From an uncultured beta proteobacterium (GTDB lineage Bacteria; Pseudomonadota; Gammaproteobacteria; Burkholderiales; Casimicrobiaceae), in contig CAWHEN010000010.1 in assembly GCA_963828595.1 (NCBI GenBank), forward strand, positions 29,048 through 93,047: a DNA stretch of 64,000 bases. The letters run 5' to 3'. Under the pieces are notes generated by a model. It saw only the letters and a list, made by a program, of their open reading frames with translations. It ran no database searches and was not told the DNA's origin. Below are positions 59,139 to 64,000 of this stretch, one piece after another. Positions within the stretch are counted from its first letter, which is position 1; every line of letters begins with the position of its first letter. The translations under genes and the position numbers were made by a program.

Positions 59139-60785
59139 ATGGATGACTTGGACCTCACGAAGTACGAGAAGCTGGGCCCGTTCGAGATCAAGGACTTCCT
59201 GCAGAAGGTGGCATCGAAGGCCGCGCTGGAATCTTCGATCTCGTACCTGAACGCCGGCCGTGGCAACCCGAACTGGGTTGCCACGGAACCGCGCGAGGCG
59301 TTCTTCCTGCTCGGGCAGTTCGCGGTCACCGAGAGCAAGCGCGTGCTCGACCTGCCGCCGGGCGTAGGCGGCATGCCCAAGGCACCCGGCATTGCAGGCC
59401 GGCTCGAAACGTGGCTGAAGCAGCACGGCGATATGCCGGGCGCGCCTTTCCTGCAGCGGATGGTGCCGTGGACCGTGAAGAAATTCCACTTCGACGCCGA
59501 CAAGTTCGTGCACGAGCTGGTGGACTCGATCATCGGCGACCACTACCCGGTGCCGGACCGCATGCTGGTGCACAACGAGCAGGTCGTGCACGAGTACCTG
59601 CAGTGGGCGATGTGCGGAAACCCGCGGCCGAAGGGCACGTTCAAGATCTACGCGGTCGAGGGCGGCACCGCCGCGATGTGCTACATCTTCAAGTCGCTGA
59701 AGAGCAACCGGATCATCAACCCCGGCGATACGATCGCGCTCGGCGTGCCGATCTTCACGCCATATATCGAGATGGCGCACCTCGAGGACTACGACCTGCA
59801 TTTCGTCGAGGTGCAGGCGAAGCAGGAGAACCGGTTTCAGTACCCGGACGAAGAGCTGAAGAAGCTCCTCGACCCGAAGGTCAAGGCGTTCTTCATCGTC
59901 AACCCGGGCAACCCGTACGCCGTGGCGATTTCGCAGGAGACGATCGATAAGATCGGCGCCGTGCTCAAGAAGCGGCCGGATCTCATCCTGCTGACGGACG
60001 ACGTCTATGGCACCTTCGTGCCGGGTTTCCGTTCGCTGATGGGGGCGTTTCCGAAAAACACGATCGGCGTCTACTCGTACAGCAAGTACTTCGGCTGCAC
60101 CGGCTGGCGCCTGGGCACGGTCGCGGTCCACGAGGACAACATCTTCGACGAGATGATCGCGAAGCACCCCGAGCCGATCAAGAAGAAGCTGGACAAGCGC
60201 TACGGCGGGCTCACGCTCGAACCGCGCAAGCTTGCCTTCATCGACCGCATCGTGGCGGACAGCCGCGACGTCGCGCTGAATCACACGGCGGGCCTTTCGC
60301 TTCCGCAGCAGGTCATGATGACGCTGTTCTCGCTCGCCGAGCTGATGGACGAAAAGAAGGACTATCAGAAGGCCTGCATCGGCATCGTCAAGAAGCGCGT
60401 CGAGGCGACGCTCGAGGGGCTGGACCTCAAGCTTGATCCGAACGAGCACTTCGACTGGTACTACGGTCTCATCGACTTCGAGTTCTTCGCCCGCAAGCAC
60501 CTGGGCGAGGACATCGTGAAGTGGATGAAGGCGAACGTTCATCCGCTCGACATCGTGTTCCGGCTCGCCGAGGACCACGGCATCGTGCTGCTCAACGGCA
60601 GCGGCTTTGCCGCGCCGGACTGGTCGGTGCGCATATCGTTCGCGAACCTGGACGATCATGTCTACGACGACATCGGCCGGGCGGTGCGCGCCATTGCGCG
60701 CGGCTACCGGCAGGCCTATGAGGCGGCCACAGGGAAGAGCGGCGGGCCGGCCGAGGCGAGGAAAGCACCCGCTGCGAAACGCTAG
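59139..60785 (+). CDS. aspD: L-aspartate 4-(beta-)decarboxylase (AspD/AsdA; PLP fold-I aminotransferase-like)
   Basis: Intact 548 aa; ..ISYLNAGRGNPNWVATEPREAFF..IIGDHYPVPDRML..YSYSKYFGCTGWRLG.. (PLP-Lys SKYFG), characteristic of AsdA. Adjacent to aspT as in the known aspD-aspT pair. Confidence 0.9.
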   Translation: MDDLDLTKYEKLGPFEIKDFLQKVASKAALESSISYLNAGRGNPNWVATEPREAFFLLGQFAVTESKRVLDLPPGVGGMPKAPGIAGRLETWLKQHGDMPGAPFLQRMVPWTVKKFHFDADKFVHELVDSIIGDHYPVPDRMLVHNEQVVHEYLQWAMCGNPRPKGTFKIYAVEGGTAAMCYIFKSLKSNRIINPGDTIALGVPIFTPYIEMAHLEDYDLHFVEVQAKQENRFQYPDEELKKLLDPKVKAFFIVNPGNPYAVAISQETIDKIGAVLKKRPDLILLTDDVYGTFVPGFRSLMGAFPKNTIGVYSYSKYFGCTGWRLGTVAVHEDNIFDEMIAKHPEPIKKKLDKRYGGLTLEPRKLAFIDRIVADSRDVALNHTAGLSLPQQVMMTLFSLAELMDEKKDYQKACIGIVKKRVEATLEGLDLKLDPNEHFDWYYGLIDFEFFARKHLGEDIVKWMKANVHPLDIVFRLAEDHGIVLLNGSGFAAPDWSVRISFANLDDHVYDDIGRAVRAIARGYRQAYEAATGKSGGPAEARKAPAAKR

Positions 60786-60819
60786 CTCGCCATGACGGTG
60801 CGCAATCATCGGCGGCGCG

Positions 60820-61406
60820 ATGTCTCGACGATTGCGAAACGTGAACTTCCTCGCAGGGAAGCGGCAGCGCGACTCGGGGCGGCTCCTCGTGGTCGCCTTG
60901 GCGCTCGCGGCGGCCGCCTGCGGGCCGGCGACCGGAGCCGCCGAAGCCCGTCGCAGCGGCCGGCGAATGGCGGGAATTCGCGGGCTCCTGGAACGCCGCC
61001 GGCACCCGCCGCACCATTCCCCTCGGCGCGGATCGCCGCGGCTCGATCATCGACCTGAGGGGAACGATGCTGCTCGCAGGGCCGGGGCGTCCCGGCGTCG
61101 GATTCCGCTCGGAAGTGATCGCGCTCGTCGACAGCGAAACGGGTCTCGTGGGCCGAAGCGTCTGGACGGACGAGCGCGGCGACCAGGTGTTCAGCGAGCT
61201 CAAGGGCGAAGGCACCGCGGCGCGAAACCGCATCGACGGGGACGATCCTGGGCGGCACGGGCCGGTATGCCGGCGCGACGGGTTCCTACGAGTTCTCCTG
61301 GCAGTTCGTGATCGAGGCGGAGGATGGCTCGATCCAGGGGCGCGCCGTCGGGCTGAAGGGTCGCGTTCGGCTCGGCCAACCGGCCGCGGGAGGCTTCCAA
61401 CCATGA
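60820..61406 (+). CDS. small predicted lipoprotein (hypothetical), about 2 frameshifts (near 60945 and 61245)
   Basis: Lipobox LALAAAAC. The colinear pieces ..WREFAGSWNAAGTRRTIPLG..MLLAGPGRPGVGFRSEVIALVD.. and ..ILGGTGRYAGATGSYEFSWQFV.. lie in three frames. Confidence 0.4.
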
Positions 61407-62810
61407 TCGCGCCCGGTTTGCTCCTGAAACGCGCGGCGCCTTTCGCGATCGCGATCGGCATCTGGTTTACCCCGGTGCCGGCCGGCCTCACGGCGCCGGC
61501 GTGGCACCTGTTCGCGGTCTTCGTCGCCGCGATCGCGTGCGTGCTCCTCGGCTCCTTCCCGCTCCTCACGGCCTCGATGATCGCCGTCGGGGCCGTCGTC
61601 CTCACCGGGACGATCACGCCGGCGCAGGCCTTTTCGGGCTTCGCCAATACGAGCGTCCTGCTCGTGGTGATCGCGTTCATCGTCGCGCAGGCGGTGGTGA
61701 AGTCGGGGCTCGGCCGGCGCGATCAGCCTGTTGATGGTGAGCCGCTTCGGCGGCTCCCCGCTCGGTCTCGCCTACAGCATCGTGCTGACCGACGCGGCCA
61801 TCGCGCCGGCGTTCCCCAGCAACACAGCGCGCGGCGGCGTGCTCTTCCCGATCGTGCTGTCCGTAGCCAAGGGCGCGGGCTCCGAACCCGACGATCCCGA
61901 GGGACGGCGGCTCGGCGGCTATCTGATGTTCTGCGCGATGGCGAGCCTCGCGGTCTCCTCCGCCCTCTGGCTGACGGCCACCTCCTGCAACCCGATCGGC
62001 GTGCAGATCGCGCAGAAAGCCGGGCTCGAGATCGGCTTCGGAAGCTGGCTTCTCGCCTCCTCGCGTGCCGTCGCTCGTCGCGATCGCGATGTTGCCCCTG
62101 CTCGTTTCGAAGATCTTTCCGCCCGGCGTCGGGGCGACGCCCGAGGCCCCCGCGGCGGCACGCAAGGATCTCGCCGGCATGGGAGCGATGTCGCGAGACG
62201 AGTGGATCACGGCGGTGACCTTCGTCGCTGATGGTCGCCGGCTGGGTGTTCGGCAATGCGCTGCAACTCAACGGTACCAGCCGTCGCGTTCATGGGGTTC
62301 GGCGTGCTGCTGGTGACGGGCGTGCTCACGCTCGACGATATCGCCAAGCAGGGCGACACGCTGGCGACCTTCCTCTGGCTCGCGGTCCTTTTCGCCCTGA
62401 GCGCGCAGCTGAACGAGCTCGGCTTCATGGGCTATGTGGGCGAGCGCCTCGCCTCGCGCCTGGGCGGCCTGTCGTGGCCGATGCTGTACCTCACGCTGAT
62501 CGCCCTGTACGTCGGCATCCACTACTTGTTCGTGAGCCAGACCTCGCAGATGCTGGCGCTGCTCGCCGTCTTCCTCGATGTCGGCATTCGCGGCGGGGTG
62601 CCGGCGCCGCTGATGGCCCCGGCCTGCTCTTCGCGAGCAGCTATTTCTCGGTGATCACTCCGCAGGGCGGAAGCCAGAACATCATCTTCGTGGCGAGCGG
62701 TTATCTCAAGCAGGGCGAGCTCTACAAGCTCGGGCTTCATCACCACCATCGCGTTCATGGCGGTGTACCTGCTGATCGGTACGCCCTGGATGCTCTTCGT
62801 CAACAGTTGA
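61403..62810 (+). pseudogene. DASS/SLC13-type anion (di/tricarboxylate or sulfate):cation symporter, about 6 frameshifts
   Basis: Colinear fragments MIAPGLLLKRAAPFAIAIGIWFTPVP.., ..AIAPAFPSNTARGGVLFPIV.., ..FMGFGVLLVTGVLTLDDIAKQ.. and ..SYFSVITPQGGSQNIIF.. alternate among frames. Confidence 0.7.
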
Positions 62811-62819
62811 GGGCTGAAC

Positions 62820-64000
62820 ATGGACTACTTCGTACAGGCACTGCGGCACAATCCCGAGCTGGCGATCTTCCTGACGCTCGCGATCGGCTTCCTGATAGGC
62901 AACGTCAAGTTCGGGAGCTTCAGCCTCGGGATCGTCGTCGGCACGCTGCTGGCCGGCGTGTTGATCGGGCAGCTCGACATCAAGGTCCCGGCGATCGTGA
63001 AGACGGTCTTCTTCGATCTCTTCCTCTTCACCACCGGGTACAAGGTGGGACCGCAATTCTTTCGCGGGCTGAAAGGCGACGCGCTTCCTCAGGTCGCGCT
63101 TACGGTGGTCCTGTGCGTGGCCTGTCTGCTCACGGCATTCGGGTTCGCGAAGGTTCTCGGGTACGACGTCGGGACGGCCGCGGGGCTCCTGGCGGGGGCG
63201 TTCTCGGAGTCCACGGTGATCGGCACCGCTGGCGAGGCGATCCAGCGCCTGGCGATTCCCGATGCGGAGAAGACCGCGCTGGTCAACAACATTCCCGTCG
63301 CGTATGCCGTGACCTACCTGATCGGCACCGCCAGCCTCGTCTGGTTCCTGCCCACCGATCGGGCCGAAGCTGATGAGAATCAACCTGAGGGAAGAAGGTG
63401 CGCGGATGCAGGCCGCGATTGCCGGCGCTGCCCAGCAGGAAATCGGGGTTTTCTCGGCCGCGAGAGCGTTCGACGTCCGCGCGTGTCGCGTGACCAACCC
63501 CGATCTGGTGAACAAGACCGTGGCGGAACTCGAGGCGCTGCCCGGGACGTCGCGGGTCTTCATCGTGCGGGTCCGCCGCGGCGGACGAGATCATCGAGGC
63601 CACGCCCGACACCGTCATTCGCAAGGACGACGTCGTGGCGGTCATCGCACGGCAGGCGGTGCATGTGGAGCGAGGCGACCGGATCGGCCCCGAAGTGGAT
63701 GACAGGGCTTTGCTCGACATCCCGATCGAAACGCTGGATGTCGTGGTCACGAACCGCTCACTGGCGGGAAAATCGCTGGCGGACCTGGCACTCCTCGAGA
63801 GTGCGCGCGGGAGTGTTTCTGCGCCACGTCACGCGCGCCGGGCAGGAAGTCCCCCTCTCTGAGGTAACGCTCGTCGACCGGGGAGACGTGTTGAGCCTCA
63901 TCGGCACCAAGGCCGAGGTCGAGCGCGCGGCGAAGGAAGTGGGATATGCCGATCGCGCCACTACGTCGACGGACATGGTGTTCGTCGGAACCGGCATCGT
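62820..64000 (+). CDS. second AspT/YidE/YbjL-family transporter, 3' truncated by the window end; about 3 frameshifts (near 63360, 63590, 63815)
   Basis: MDYFVQALRHNPELAIFLTLAIGFLIGNVKFGSFSLGIVVGTLLAGVLIGQL.. parallels the aspT N-terminus. Later ..LIGTKAEVERAAKEVGYADRATTSTDMVFVGTGI parallels aspT 58490-58600. Confidence 0.75.
   Translation, partial: MDYFVQALRHNPELAIFLTLAIGFLIGNVKFGSFSLGIVVGTLLAGVLIGQLDIKVPAIVKTVFFDLFLFTTGYKVGPQFFRGLKGDALPQVALTVVLCVACLLTAFGFAKVLGYDVGTAAGLLAGAFSESTVIGTAGEAIQRLAIPDAEKTALVNNIPVAYAVTYLIGTASLVWFLPTDRAEADENQPEGRRCADAGRDCRRCPAGNRGFLGRESVRRPRVSRDQPRSGEQDRGGTRGAARDVAGLHRAGPPRRTRSSRPRPTPSFARTTSWRSSHGRRCMWSEATGSAPKWMTGLCSTSRSKRWMSWSRTAHWRENRWRTWHSSRVRAGVFLRHVTRAGQEVPLSEVTLVDRGDVLSLIGTKAEVERAAKEVGYADRATTSTDMVFVGTGI

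Overview
High-GC proteobacterial chromosomal segment. The gene content (Bug/TTT transporter, YiaW/YiaV/NodT, AspT/AspD) suggests a Burkholderiales-like beta-proteobacterium, but that is inference. I support about 55 protein genes. I found no rRNA, canonical tRNA, CRISPR array, transposase or integrase. Blocks in order: (1) a transporter gene tail, a tRNA-Asn-derived tRNA-like element with a terminator, and an ATP-grasp gene. (2) An ArsR regulator divergent from an MFP-RND-DUF2892 efflux operon. (3) A hydrolase, an SDR, and a lower-GC DUF1059/SnoaL pair. (4) A Sel1-repeat gene and a membrane-anchored Ser/Thr-kinase homolog that has lost its catalytic motifs and carries 99-bp tandem repeats. (5) A glutamate mutase operon glmS-glmL-glmE whose fourth gene is an MR/MLE-type enolase-superfamily enzyme instead of methylaspartate ammonia-lyase, followed by a quinone oxidoreductase and tctCBA. 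(6) A convergent methyltransferase, CoA-acylating aldehyde dehydrogenase and AMP-forming CoA ligase (sauST-like). (7) A second tRNA-like copy, then a Dpp-type ABC transporter, an amidase and an M20 carbamoylase. (8) A lower-GC stretch with EamA, DUF3313, a DAACS symporter plus orphan SBP, and a NarL-type two-component system. (9) A 12-gene same-strand cluster of secreted and envelope proteins, mostly DUFs, ending in YiaW/YiaV/NodT and preceded by a repeated operator-like motif. This is my best candidate for an undescribed system. (10) A large Orn/Lys/Arg decarboxylase, aspT-aspD, a lipoprotein, a DASS transporter and a second AspT-family gene. Many genes carry single-base frameshifts, clustered in four parts of the window. 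The sites I inspected look like homopolymer indels, so I call whole genes and flag the breaks.
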